64,000 nucleotides of DNA from Anaeromyxobacteraceae bacterium (GTDB taxonomy: Bacteria; Myxococcota; Myxococcia; Myxococcales; Anaeromyxobacteraceae): positions 1,184,001 through 1,248,000 of the forward strand of contig JASGHJ010000002.1 of the NCBI GenBank assembly GCA_047602405.1. The letters are read 5' to 3'. The notes under the pieces are model-generated. The model was given only the letters and a program-made list of their open reading frames with translations. It was not told the DNA's origin and did no database searches. Every line of letters begins with the position of its first letter. Position 1 is the stretch's first letter. Positions 54,660 to 64,000 of the stretch are shown piece after piece. The position numbers were made by a program, and so were the translations under genes.

Positions 54660-56219
54660 ATGTCCGCACGCCGCGTCCTCTCCCTCGCCGCCCTGCTCGC
54701 GCTCGCCGCGCCGGGCACCGCGCGCCCGCAGCAGCTCAACGTGATCACCGCCGTCGAGCTGAAGGACGAGGGCGCGTCGACCGTGCTCTCGGTGAAGGGC
54801 TCCCGCCCGCCGAACTTCACGACCTTCTCGATGGCGGACCCGCCGCGCTTCGTCATCGACCTCTCCGAGTCGCGCTTCGAGGGCGTGCCGGAGGACCTCG
54901 TCGTGCAGGACGGGCTCGTCAACATCGTGAAGAACCTCTCCTACGGCTCGGACGCCACCTCGATCGCCCGCGTCATGATCGCCTTCCAGGTCGACGTCGA
55001 GCCGCCGGAGGTGACCACCGCCGGCAACACGCTCGTGGTGCGCGTGCTGAAGCCGGCCGCGGGCGGGGTCGCCGCCGCGCCCGCGCAGGCCGCGCCGCCC
55101 TCGCAGCCCGCGCAGCCGGATCCCGCCGCCGCGGAGGCCGCGCGCGTCGAGGCCGAGCGCCAGGCCGCAGCGCAGGCCGAGGCCGAGCGGCTCGCCGCGG
55201 CCCAGGCCGCCGCGCAGCGCCAGGCGGAGTCCGAGCAGCGCCAGCGCGAGGAGGAGCAGGCGAAGGCCGCCGCCGCCGCGGTCCCCGACGCGCAGGCCCA
55301 GGCCCAGGAGCCGCCGCCCCCGCCCCCCGTCGTGGAGCAGGCGGGGCAGGACGCGGGCGCCCAGGCCGCGGCGCAGGCCGAGGCCGCCGCCCAGGCGCAG
55401 GCCCAGGCCGACGCGAAGGTCGCCGCCGCGGCCGCCGCGAAGGCCGAGAAGCAAGCGAAGGCCGAGGCCGCCGCGCAGGCGAAGGCCGACGCGCTCGCGA
55501 AGAAGCAGGCCGAGGCCGAGGCGAAGCGGCAGGCGAAGGAGGACGCGAAGCGGGCCGCGGCGGAGGCGAAGCAGGCCGCCGCCGACGCGAAGCGCCTCGC
55601 GGCGGAGGAGAAGAAGGCCGCCGCCGAGGCGAAGAAGCGCGCCCGCCAGGAGGAGCTCGCCGCGGCGAGGGCCGCGCAGTCCGTCGAGGCGGAGCCGGCC
55701 ATGCCGGGCAGCTCCGAGCGCCTCGACGCCGGCGCGCCGAGGGCGACGCTGCGCCAGGTCGGCTTCAAGGAGCTCCCCGGCGCCTCGCGCGTGTTCGTCC
55801 GCACGAGCGTGACCCCGAAGTTCACCATCGCCGAGGCCGGCGAGAACACCATCCGCGTCGAGCTCGAGAACACGAAGCCGACCCGCAGGAACGACACGCG
55901 CTTCATGGACACGTCGTTCTTCCCGGGCGCCGTCGCGCTCGTCTCGCCGTCGCGCCACGGCTCGACCTACGTCGTCGAGATCAAGCTGAAGCAGCGGGTC
56001 CCGTACCAGCAGAAGATCGAGGGCGACATGCTCGCGCTCGACTTCGAGCGCCCCGCCGGCAGCGCGCCGGCGCCCGCGCCCGGCCCGGACGGCGCCGCCG
56101 CCGAGCCGCCCGCGGCGGCCGCCGCCGACGGCGCCGTCGACCTCTCGAACGGCGATCCCAACCCGCCCGCCGATCCCGCGCCGGCCCCGGCCGACGCGCC
56201 GGCCCAGGCCCCGAAGTAG
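54660..56219 (+). CDS. Exported AMIN-domain protein with Ala/Glu/Lys-rich (TolA-like) linker
   Basis: Signal peptide; FSMADPPRFVIDL AMIN motif; second beta domain SRVFVRTS...NDTRFMDTSFF. Confidence 0.78.
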   Translation: MSARRVLSLAALLALAAPGTARPQQLNVITAVELKDEGASTVLSVKGSRPPNFTTFSMADPPRFVIDLSESRFEGVPEDLVVQDGLVNIVKNLSYGSDATSIARVMIAFQVDVEPPEVTTAGNTLVVRVLKPAAGGVAAAPAQAAPPSQPAQPDPAAAEAARVEAERQAAAQAEAERLAAAQAAAQRQAESEQRQREEEQAKAAAAAVPDAQAQAQEPPPPPPVVEQAGQDAGAQAAAQAEAAAQAQAQADAKVAAAAAAKAEKQAKAEAAAQAKADALAKKQAEAEAKRQAKEDAKRAAAEAKQAAADAKRLAAEEKKAAAEAKKRARQEELAAARAAQSVEAEPAMPGSSERLDAGAPRATLRQVGFKELPGASRVFVRTSVTPKFTIAEAGENTIRVELENTKPTRRNDTRFMDTSFFPGAVALVSPSRHGSTYVVEIKLKQRVPYQQKIEGDMLALDFERPAGSAPAPAPGPDGAAAEPPAAAAADGAVDLSNGDPNPPADPAPAPADAPAQAPK

Positions 56220-56234
56220 CCGGCCTCCCGCGAA

Positions 56235-58538
56235 GTGTCCCCCGCCGCGCTCGCCCTGGCGGCGCTCGCCGCCGCCGGCCCCGCCGCGTCCGTCCCCCTC
56301 GGCGACCTCGACGTCGAGGGAGCGCGCGTCGTCTACGACGCCGCCCGCGAGCGTTACCGGCTCGAGGGCGCCGCCCGGGTCCGTCGCGGCGCGATCGTGC
56401 TCAGGGCCGACCGCGCCGAGGTGGACGCGCGCACCGGCGAGGCCGAGGCCTCCGGCCACGTGCTCCTCACCGACTCCGCGCGCGTCATCGCCGCCGACGC
56501 GATCCGCGCCGAGCTCGGCGGCGGCTTCGTCGCCGAGGGCGTGGTCGCGTTCCTGAAGGCCCGCCCGCTCGACCTCACGGGGGTCTCGACGCTCGACGAG
56601 GCGCACCTCGCCGGCACGAACCGGCTCTCGTTCTCCGCCCGGAGGGTGACCGGCGGGGCCGCCCGGGGCGGGGCGCTCGCGGTCGAGGACGCGCGGCTCA
56701 CGCTCTGCGACTGCGGGCCCGGCAAGGAGCCGACCTGGGCGCTCCGGGCGCGGTCCGCCGACGTCATCCCCGGCGACCGGGCGATCCTCACCTGGCCGGT
56801 GCTCTACGTGCACGCGGTGCCCGTGCTGCCGCTCCCGTGGCTCTACGTGCCGCTCGGCGAGCGCCAGACCGGGCTCCTCTTCCCGGAGATCGCGTCGACG
56901 TCGGCGACCGGCTTCGCCTTCTCGCAGCCGCTCTACGTGACGCTCGGCGAGCACGCCGACCTCACGCTGTCGCCGGGGTGGGCGTTCGGGCCGTCGAGGA
57001 AGCCGGGCGACACCTCGCCGGCGGTCTCGGGCCCCACCGGGCGGCTCGAGCTCCGCTGGGCGCCCGCCGAGGGCGCCGAGGGGAGGGGAGAGCTCACCTG
57101 GGTCGACGACCGCGTCGGCGAGCCGGGGGGCGCGGACGGCCACCGCTTCGGGCTCGCGCTCCGGCACCACCAGGGCACGCTCGAATCCCTCGCCCTCGAG
57201 GCGGAGCTCGCGCTCGACGAGGACGGCGTGCTCCACCGCGATCTCACCTCGAGCCGCCTCTCCCGCGCCGCCACCTACCAGCGCTCGGCGCTCCTCGCCT
57301 CGCGCCGGGTCGGGCCGGCGCTCCTCGAGGCGGGCTCGGCGTACCTGCAGCCGCTCCAGCCCGCGGGCGCGGCCGGCGCGTACGGCCTCGCCGGCGCGGA
57401 CGTGCGGCTGTCCGATCCGCTCGGCTGGGCCTCGGCCACCGTGCCCGCGGCCGCGCTCGGACCGGTCCTGGCCTCCGGCCGGGCCGGCGTCACGTACCGC
57501 TCGCCGCTCCACGGCGGGACCGACCTCGGCCTCCGCCCGGAGACCGCGCGGCTCGACGGCCGCCTCGAGCTCGAGCTGCCGCTCGTCGTCGGTGAGGCGG
57601 TGGCGCTCTCGCCCTTCGTCCGCGGCGCCGCGCTCACCTACTCGGGCGCCCAGGGCGGCCAGGTCGCCTGGGGTGTGGTGGGCGCCGCGGCCTCGACGGA
57701 GGTGGCGCGGCGTTTCGGCGAGCTCCGCCACGCCGTGGGCGCGCGGGCCGAGTGGCGCCTCGGGAGCGCGACCGTGGGCGACGCGCCCGCGTTCCCGGCC
57801 TTCGACGCGTTCGACCGGGTGCAGACGCCGGACGCGGCCCCGGCGGACTGCGCGTTCCTCGCGCGGCAGGGCTGCAGCACGCTCACGGCCGCCCCGCCCG
57901 GCCGCTTCCAGCAGCTCCGCCTCGCCGTCGACACGCGCCTCTCCCTCGGCGGGGTGACGCTCGCGAAGCTCACCGTGGGCCGGGACTTCGACCTCGAGGC
58001 GGGCAGGGCGGCCGAGGCCTTCGCGTCGGGCGCCGTCGGCGTGGGCCCCGTGCACGCGGAGGTGACCACCCGCTTCCCATCGCTCGACCGCCCGGCCGAG
58101 CTCGGCGCGCGCCTCGACCTCGGAGACCGGAAGGGCAACCTGCTCCACGCGGAGTACCACCTCGTCCGCGGCTCGGGCGGCGGCCTGCAGACGGCCGGCC
58201 TGGACGTGCTCTTCGACCCGCGCCCGCGGCTCCTCGAGGACGCGGCGGGCGCGGTCCTGGGGGGCCAGCTCGCGCTCGGCCCGGCGCTCCTCGGCTACGA
58301 GGCCCGCTTCCCGGGGCGCTCCGGGCTCACGCAGGCGAGGTGCGGGGCGAACCCCACCCGCAACCTCGGCGCGACCGAGCTCTACGAGCAGGTGGGCCGC
58401 CTCGGCTGGGAGTCGCCCTGCCACTGCTTCCGCGCCGCGGTCCAGGTCGAGGTGGACGCCTGCGGAAACTTCGCCGGCGTGAAGGGGAAGATCGAGATCG
58501 CCCGGACCGGCGAGCAGGCGAGCGGCGCGGCACGCTGA
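56235..58538 (+). CDS. lptD: LPS-assembly protein LptD-like outer-membrane protein
   Basis: OstA-like N-terminus (LRADRAEVD..TGEAEASGHV), LTLCDC..PTW, VPVLPLPWLYVPL..RQTGLLFP, C-terminal WESPCHC. Confidence 0.78.
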   Translation: MSPAALALAALAAAGPAASVPLGDLDVEGARVVYDAARERYRLEGAARVRRGAIVLRADRAEVDARTGEAEASGHVLLTDSARVIAADAIRAELGGGFVAEGVVAFLKARPLDLTGVSTLDEAHLAGTNRLSFSARRVTGGAARGGALAVEDARLTLCDCGPGKEPTWALRARSADVIPGDRAILTWPVLYVHAVPVLPLPWLYVPLGERQTGLLFPEIASTSATGFAFSQPLYVTLGEHADLTLSPGWAFGPSRKPGDTSPAVSGPTGRLELRWAPAEGAEGRGELTWVDDRVGEPGGADGHRFGLALRHHQGTLESLALEAELALDEDGVLHRDLTSSRLSRAATYQRSALLASRRVGPALLEAGSAYLQPLQPAGAAGAYGLAGADVRLSDPLGWASATVPAAALGPVLASGRAGVTYRSPLHGGTDLGLRPETARLDGRLELELPLVVGEAVALSPFVRGAALTYSGAQGGQVAWGVVGAAASTEVARRFGELRHAVGARAEWRLGSATVGDAPAFPAFDAFDRVQTPDAAPADCAFLARQGCSTLTAAPPGRFQQLRLAVDTRLSLGGVTLAKLTVGRDFDLEAGRAAEAFASGAVGVGPVHAEVTTRFPSLDRPAELGARLDLGDRKGNLLHAEYHLVRGSGGGLQTAGLDVLFDPRPRLLEDAAGAVLGGQLALGPALLGYEARFPGRSGLTQARCGANPTRNLGATELYEQVGRLGWESPCHCFRAAVQVEVDACGNFAGVKGKIEIARTGEQASGAAR

Positions 58539-58626
58539 CCGGGCACGCTGACTGATGGTGTCAGCCCCGCTGGGGATCGCGCGCTTTCCCCTGGTAACGG
58601 CTGAGCTTACCCCCGACAATCCGCGG

Positions 58627-59286
58627 GTGACCCGCCCCCGGGCGCCGCGTGCGCCCCGCACCGAGAATCCGACCAGCACCGAACCCGCGGCGACCGAGCC
58701 CGAGAAGCGCCGGGCGATCCTGCACGCCGCGGTCCGCGTCTTCGCGGAGAAGGGCTACCACGGCTGCCGGATCGCCGACGTCGCGAAGGCCGCGGGCGTC
58801 GCCTACGGGCTCGTCTACCACTACTTCCAGTCGAAGGAGGAGCTCCTCGAGAGCGTCTCCGCGGAGCAGTGGGAGATCCTCGTGAACGCGCTCCGCGAGG
58901 TCGAGCAGGGGCAGGGCTCCGCGCCGGAGAAGCTCGCCGGCATGCTCGCGTTCGTGTTCGACGTCTTCAAGACCGCGCCCGCCGCGGTCCGGGTGCTGCT
59001 CCTCGAGGTGACGCGCACGCCGCACGCGCTCCGCGCGGGCTCGACCCGCGAGGCGTTCGAGGTGGCGGTCCGGCTGATCTCCGAGGTCATCCGGCGCGGC
59101 CAGGAGCGCGGCGAGCTCCGCGGCGACATCGACCCGCTCACCTCGGCCGCCAGCGTGCTCGGCGCGCTCGAGCTCGCGGTGACCGCGATGGTCATCGGCA
59201 TCGTGCCGGCGCCGGACGAGGCGGGCATCGACCGCGCCCGCGACCAGGTGACCGCGCTCGTGCTCGGGGGCCTCAGGCCCCGTTGA
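58627..59286 (+). CDS. TetR/AcrR family transcriptional regulator
   Basis: AILHAAVRVFAEKGYHGCRIADVAKAAGVAYGLVYHYFQSKEEL; start uncertain (58555 or 58627). Confidence 0.92.
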   Translation: MTRPRAPRAPRTENPTSTEPAATEPEKRRAILHAAVRVFAEKGYHGCRIADVAKAAGVAYGLVYHYFQSKEELLESVSAEQWEILVNALREVEQGQGSAPEKLAGMLAFVFDVFKTAPAAVRVLLLEVTRTPHALRAGSTREAFEVAVRLISEVIRRGQERGELRGDIDPLTSAASVLGALELAVTAMVIGIVPAPDEAGIDRARDQVTALVLGGLRPR

Positions 59287-59435
59287 GGCACCCTTTCTTG
59301 GGCTGCGCAGCGCGTCATCGCGTAGCACAATGGGTGCCTTCGACCGTGGCGGCCGGCTCCGGCCGCCCAGCTTCGTGGCCCCCCGGGGCCCGGAACCCCC
59401 AAGGCCCGCAGGGGCCCAGAAAAGAGGACGTGATC

Positions 59436-61022
59436 ATGGCGGCGCGCGTGCTGGTCTCGGACGACCTCTCGCCGGAGGCGGTGCGGATCCTCCAGGCGGC
59501 CGGGCTCGAGGTGGACGTCAAGGTGGGCCTGAAGCCCGAGGCGCTCGAGGAGCTCATCGGCGGCTACGACGGCCTCGCGGTGCGCAGCGCGACCAAGGTG
59601 AACGCGAGGCTGCTCGCCAGGGCCGAGCGGCTCAAGGTGATCGGCCGCGCCGGCGTGGGCGTCGACAACGTCGACCTCGACGCCGCGACGCGGAAGGGCG
59701 TCGTGGTGATGAACACGCCCGGCGGCTCGTCGGTCACCGTCGCGGAGCTGGCGCTCGCGCACATGCTCGCGCTCTCCCGCCACGTGGCCGCGGCGACCGC
59801 GAGCGTGAAGGCGGGCAGGTGGGAGAAGAAGAAGTTCCAGGGGCACGAGCTCGCCGGGAAGACCCTCGGCGTCGTGGGCATCGGCGCCATCGGCTCGGCG
59901 CTCGTGGAGCGCGCCCGCGGGATGCACATGCGGATCGTCGCCTACGACCCGTTCATCTCGGCCGAGGCGGCCGCGAAGCTCGGGGCGGAGCTCCTGACGC
60001 TCGAGCAGCTCTGGGGGCGCGCCGACGTGATCTCGCTGCACGTCCCGCTCACCGAGCAGACGCGGAACCTCGTGAACGCCTCGACGCTCGCCCAGATGAA
60101 GAAGGGCGCGCTCCTCGTGAACTGCGCCCGGGGCGGCATCGTGGACGAGAAGGCGCTCGCCGACGCGCTCGCCTCCGGCCACCTCGGCGGCGCGGCCCTC
60201 GACGTGTTCGACAAGGAGCCGCCGGCGCCCGACCACCCGCTCTTCGCGCTCGACACCTTCGTCTGCACGCCCCACCTCGGCGCCTCGACCGAGGAGGCCC
60301 AGTCGGCGGTCGCGATCGCCATCGCCGAGCAGCTCGCGGCGTACCTCGTGCGCGGCGAGGTGAAGAACGCGGTCAACGTGCAGGGCCTGCCGAAGGAGGT
60401 CCTCGCGCAGCTCTCGCCCTACCTCCCGCTCGCCGAGCGCCTCGGCTCGCTCGCCGCCCAGCTCGCCCCGCCGGGCGCCCAGGAGGTCACCGTGGAGGTG
60501 TCCGGCGAGCTCGCGGCGGTGCCGATGAAGCCGCTCGCGAACCGGGCGCTCACCGGCATCCTGCGCCACTTCCTCGACACCCCCGTGAACGAGGTCTCCG
60601 CGCCGGCGATGGCGAAGGACCGCGGCATCGCGGTGCGCGAGGTGCGCTCCGCCGAGGCGCACGACTACGCGAGCCTCGTCGCGGTGAAGCTGAAGGGGCC
60701 CGCGGGCGAGGTCGAGGTGGCGGGCACGGTCTACGGCAAGCGCGACGTGCGGGTCGTCCGGGTGAACGCGTTCCGCGTCGAGGCGGTGCCCGAGGGGCAC
60801 GTCATCCTCTGCGAGAACGACGACGCGCCCGGCGTGGTCGGCAACCTCGGCCAGGCCCTCGGCGGCGCCGGCGTCAACATCGCCCGGATCTCGCTCTCGC
60901 GCCTCGAGGACCGCTCCCGCGCGTTCGCCTACCTGAACGTCGACTCGCCCCCCGCGCCCGAGGTGCTCGAGCGCGTCCGGGCGCTGCCGCACGTGCGCTC
61001 GGTCAAGGTCATCAAGCTTTAG
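59436..61022 (+). CDS. serA: D-3-phosphoglycerate dehydrogenase (with ASB and ACT domains)
   Basis: GRAGVGVDNVD, GIGAIG, NCARGG, TPHLGASTEEAQ, ACT NDDAPGVVG; GAGGA RBS. Confidence 0.96.
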   Translation: MAARVLVSDDLSPEAVRILQAAGLEVDVKVGLKPEALEELIGGYDGLAVRSATKVNARLLARAERLKVIGRAGVGVDNVDLDAATRKGVVVMNTPGGSSVTVAELALAHMLALSRHVAAATASVKAGRWEKKKFQGHELAGKTLGVVGIGAIGSALVERARGMHMRIVAYDPFISAEAAAKLGAELLTLEQLWGRADVISLHVPLTEQTRNLVNASTLAQMKKGALLVNCARGGIVDEKALADALASGHLGGAALDVFDKEPPAPDHPLFALDTFVCTPHLGASTEEAQSAVAIAIAEQLAAYLVRGEVKNAVNVQGLPKEVLAQLSPYLPLAERLGSLAAQLAPPGAQEVTVEVSGELAAVPMKPLANRALTGILRHFLDTPVNEVSAPAMAKDRGIAVREVRSAEAHDYASLVAVKLKGPAGEVEVAGTVYGKRDVRVVRVNAFRVEAVPEGHVILCENDDAPGVVGNLGQALGGAGVNIARISLSRLEDRSRAFAYLNVDSPPAPEVLERVRALPHVRSVKVIKL

Positions 61023-61056
61023 GAGGAGGGCCCGCCGGGGTAGAGTCCGTGCCCTG

Positions 61057-62091
61057 ATGCTCGACCTCTCGCTGCCCACGGGGATCCGCGACCTCCTGCC
61101 CGACCACTCCGCCCACCTGGCGGAGCTCTCCGGCCGGCTCCAGGAGGTCTTCGCGAAGTTCGGCTACCGCCGCCTCTTCCTGCCGACGCTCGAGCGGATG
61201 GAGGTCGTCGCGCTGGGCCTCTCGCCGGGCGCGCTCGCCGACGTCGTGAAGTTCGTCGAGCCGGGCTCGGGCGAGGTGGTCGCCATCCGGCCCGACATCA
61301 CGCCGCAGATCGCGCGGCTCTACGCCGCCCGCGCGGACGCGCTGCCCGCGCCGGCGCGCCTCTGCTACGACGGCCCGGTGCTGCGCGCCCGCGAGGCCCG
61401 CGCCGGCCGTCCGCGCGAGGTCTACCAGGCCGGCGTCGAGCTCCTCGGCCTCCACGGCCCGGACGCCGACGCCGAGGCGCTCGTCGTGCTCGCGCGCTCG
61501 CTCGAGCGGGTGGGGCTCGTGACCGCCATCGTCGAGGTCGGCCACGCCCGCTACGCGCAGGCGATGATCACCGCCGCCGGCCTCGGGCCGAAGGCGCGCG
61601 ACGAGGCGTTCCTGGCGCTCTCGCGCAAGGACGAGGGGACCCTCGCGGCGCTCGCCGCGAAGGCGCGGGGCGATCGCAAGGCTCGCGACGCCATGCCGCA
61701 CCTCGCGCACCTCTACGGCGACGGCGCGCTCGGGCGCGGCCGGAACCTCGCCCGCGGCATCCCCGACGCCGAGTCGGCGCTCGCCGAGGTGGAGGCCGCC
61801 CTGAAGCTCGCGCGGCGGCGCGGCGTGAAGGAGACCGCGGTCGACCTCGGCGAGGGGCGGGGGCTCGGGTACTACACCGGCATCACCTTCGCCGGCCACG
61901 CGCCCGGCGCCGGCAGCGCGGTCGCCGCGGGGGGTCGCTACGACGGCCTGCTGGCGCGGTTCGGCCGCCCGGACCCGGCGATCGGGTTCGCGGTCGACCT
62001 CGAGTTCGCCACCCAGGCGCTCGAGCGCGCGAACGGGGGCCCGCGCGCGCGCGCGACGCAGGGCAAACCGTCCAGAAAGACGCGCAGGTAG
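61057..62091 (+). CDS. hisZ: ATP phosphoribosyltransferase regulatory subunit
   Basis: PTGIRDLLP, IRPDITPQIAR, YQAGVELLG, YYTGITF, GGRYDGL; hisZ-purA adjacency. Confidence 0.92.
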   Translation: MLDLSLPTGIRDLLPDHSAHLAELSGRLQEVFAKFGYRRLFLPTLERMEVVALGLSPGALADVVKFVEPGSGEVVAIRPDITPQIARLYAARADALPAPARLCYDGPVLRAREARAGRPREVYQAGVELLGLHGPDADAEALVVLARSLERVGLVTAIVEVGHARYAQAMITAAGLGPKARDEAFLALSRKDEGTLAALAAKARGDRKARDAMPHLAHLYGDGALGRGRNLARGIPDAESALAEVEAALKLARRRGVKETAVDLGEGRGLGYYTGITFAGHAPGAGSAVAAGGRYDGLLARFGRPDPAIGFAVDLEFATQALERANGGPRARATQGKPSRKTRR

Positions 62092-62193
62092 CGGGCTTCG
62101 CGGTCCCCTGGTATCGTCCCGCCGATCTGGCGCCGACCCGGCGCCGGAGACCCTTTCTTGGGCGCCCCCGCGGGCGCCTCCGGAGCTGAAGAG

Positions 62194-63492
<1,299 letters not shown>

Positions 63493-63530
63493 CCCGCTGA
63501 CCTGACCCCAACGAAGCCGGAGGAGTCGCC

Positions 63531-64000
63531 ATGAACGCTCGCACCGCCCTGGGGATCGTCGCGCTCCTCGCCGGCGCGGGCGTCGCGCGGGGCCAGGCCC
63601 CCGCGCCCGCGGCGGCTGCACCGGCCCCTGCGGCGTCCGCCGTGGCGCCGACCACCGCGGTGCTCGAGAAGCTCGCGGCGGGCGACCGCGCGGTGGCCGC
63701 CGGGGACCTGAAGAACGCGCTCTTCGCCTATCAGGACGCGGCCTACGCGCAGCCCGAGTACCTGACCTCCCGCGTGAAGATGGGGAGGACGTACCTCGCG
63801 ATGCGCTACCCCGACTTCGCGATGGCGCAGGCGGAGATCGTCCTGAAGGGCGACCCGTCGAACCCCGAGGCGCTCGCGCTCCTCGACGATGCCCGCCGCG
63901 CGCCGCCGCGCTCGGCGGCGCCGTCCGCGCCGGCCACCGCCGAGGCCCCGCGGCCCGGCCCCCGCACGTTCAAGATCGTCCCGGAGCAGCCGCCCGCCGC
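63531..64000 (+). CDS. Exported TPR-containing protein (partial, runs off the right edge)
   Basis: GGAGGAG RBS, ATG 63531, signal peptide MNARTALGIVALLAGAGVARGQ, TPR-like GDLKNALFAYQDAAYAQPEYLTSRVKMGRTYLAM. Confidence 0.75.
   Translation, partial: MNARTALGIVALLAGAGVARGQAPAPAAAAPAPAASAVAPTTAVLEKLAAGDRAVAAGDLKNALFAYQDAAYAQPEYLTSRVKMGRTYLAMRYPDFAMAQAEIVLKGDPSNPEALALLDDARRAPPRSAAPSAPATAEAPRPGPRTFKIVPEQPPA

Noticed and set aside
59287..59435. ZTP or other riboswitch upstream of serA
   Set aside because: Hairpins are present, but the ZTP consensus (GACTGGCG...GCCTGGG) is not.

Overview
This is a very GC-rich bacterial chromosome segment. Gene content and protein sequences look like Myxococcota, most likely Anaeromyxobacter-like (inference, no search run). 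It is mostly core metabolism and envelope genes: rpoH-type sigma factor, DEAD-box helicase, prkA-yeaH-spoVR, mltG, ruvX, a cold-shock protein, mgsA, gcvT-H-PA-PB, folD, rpmB, purMN, accD-folC, lptD, serA-hisZ-purA. It also has two sensor kinases, a gamma-glutamylation-type amine catabolic cluster and a complete cAMP module (CHASE2 cyclase, CRP-like protein, class II PDE). Notable observations: (1) An intact RT-encoding group II intron sits exactly at the mgsA start codon. Its EBS1 loop (CAUGCC) is complementary to the exon end GGC-AUG, and its 3' end rebuilds an AGGA-N7-ATG in frame with mgsA. (2) A family of about 230-255 bp elements with co-varying terminal inverted repeats is present, two of which form a roughly 630-bp foldback. 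(3) An orphan gene pair resembles a T3SS substrate plus SycD/LcrH-like chaperone. (4) All four apparent frameshifts and several odd substitutions fall on GATC sites, which points to methylation-linked sequencing errors rather than true pseudogenes. (5) Many genes appear leaderless. Most long ORFs in the supplied track are GC-rich shadow ORFs.
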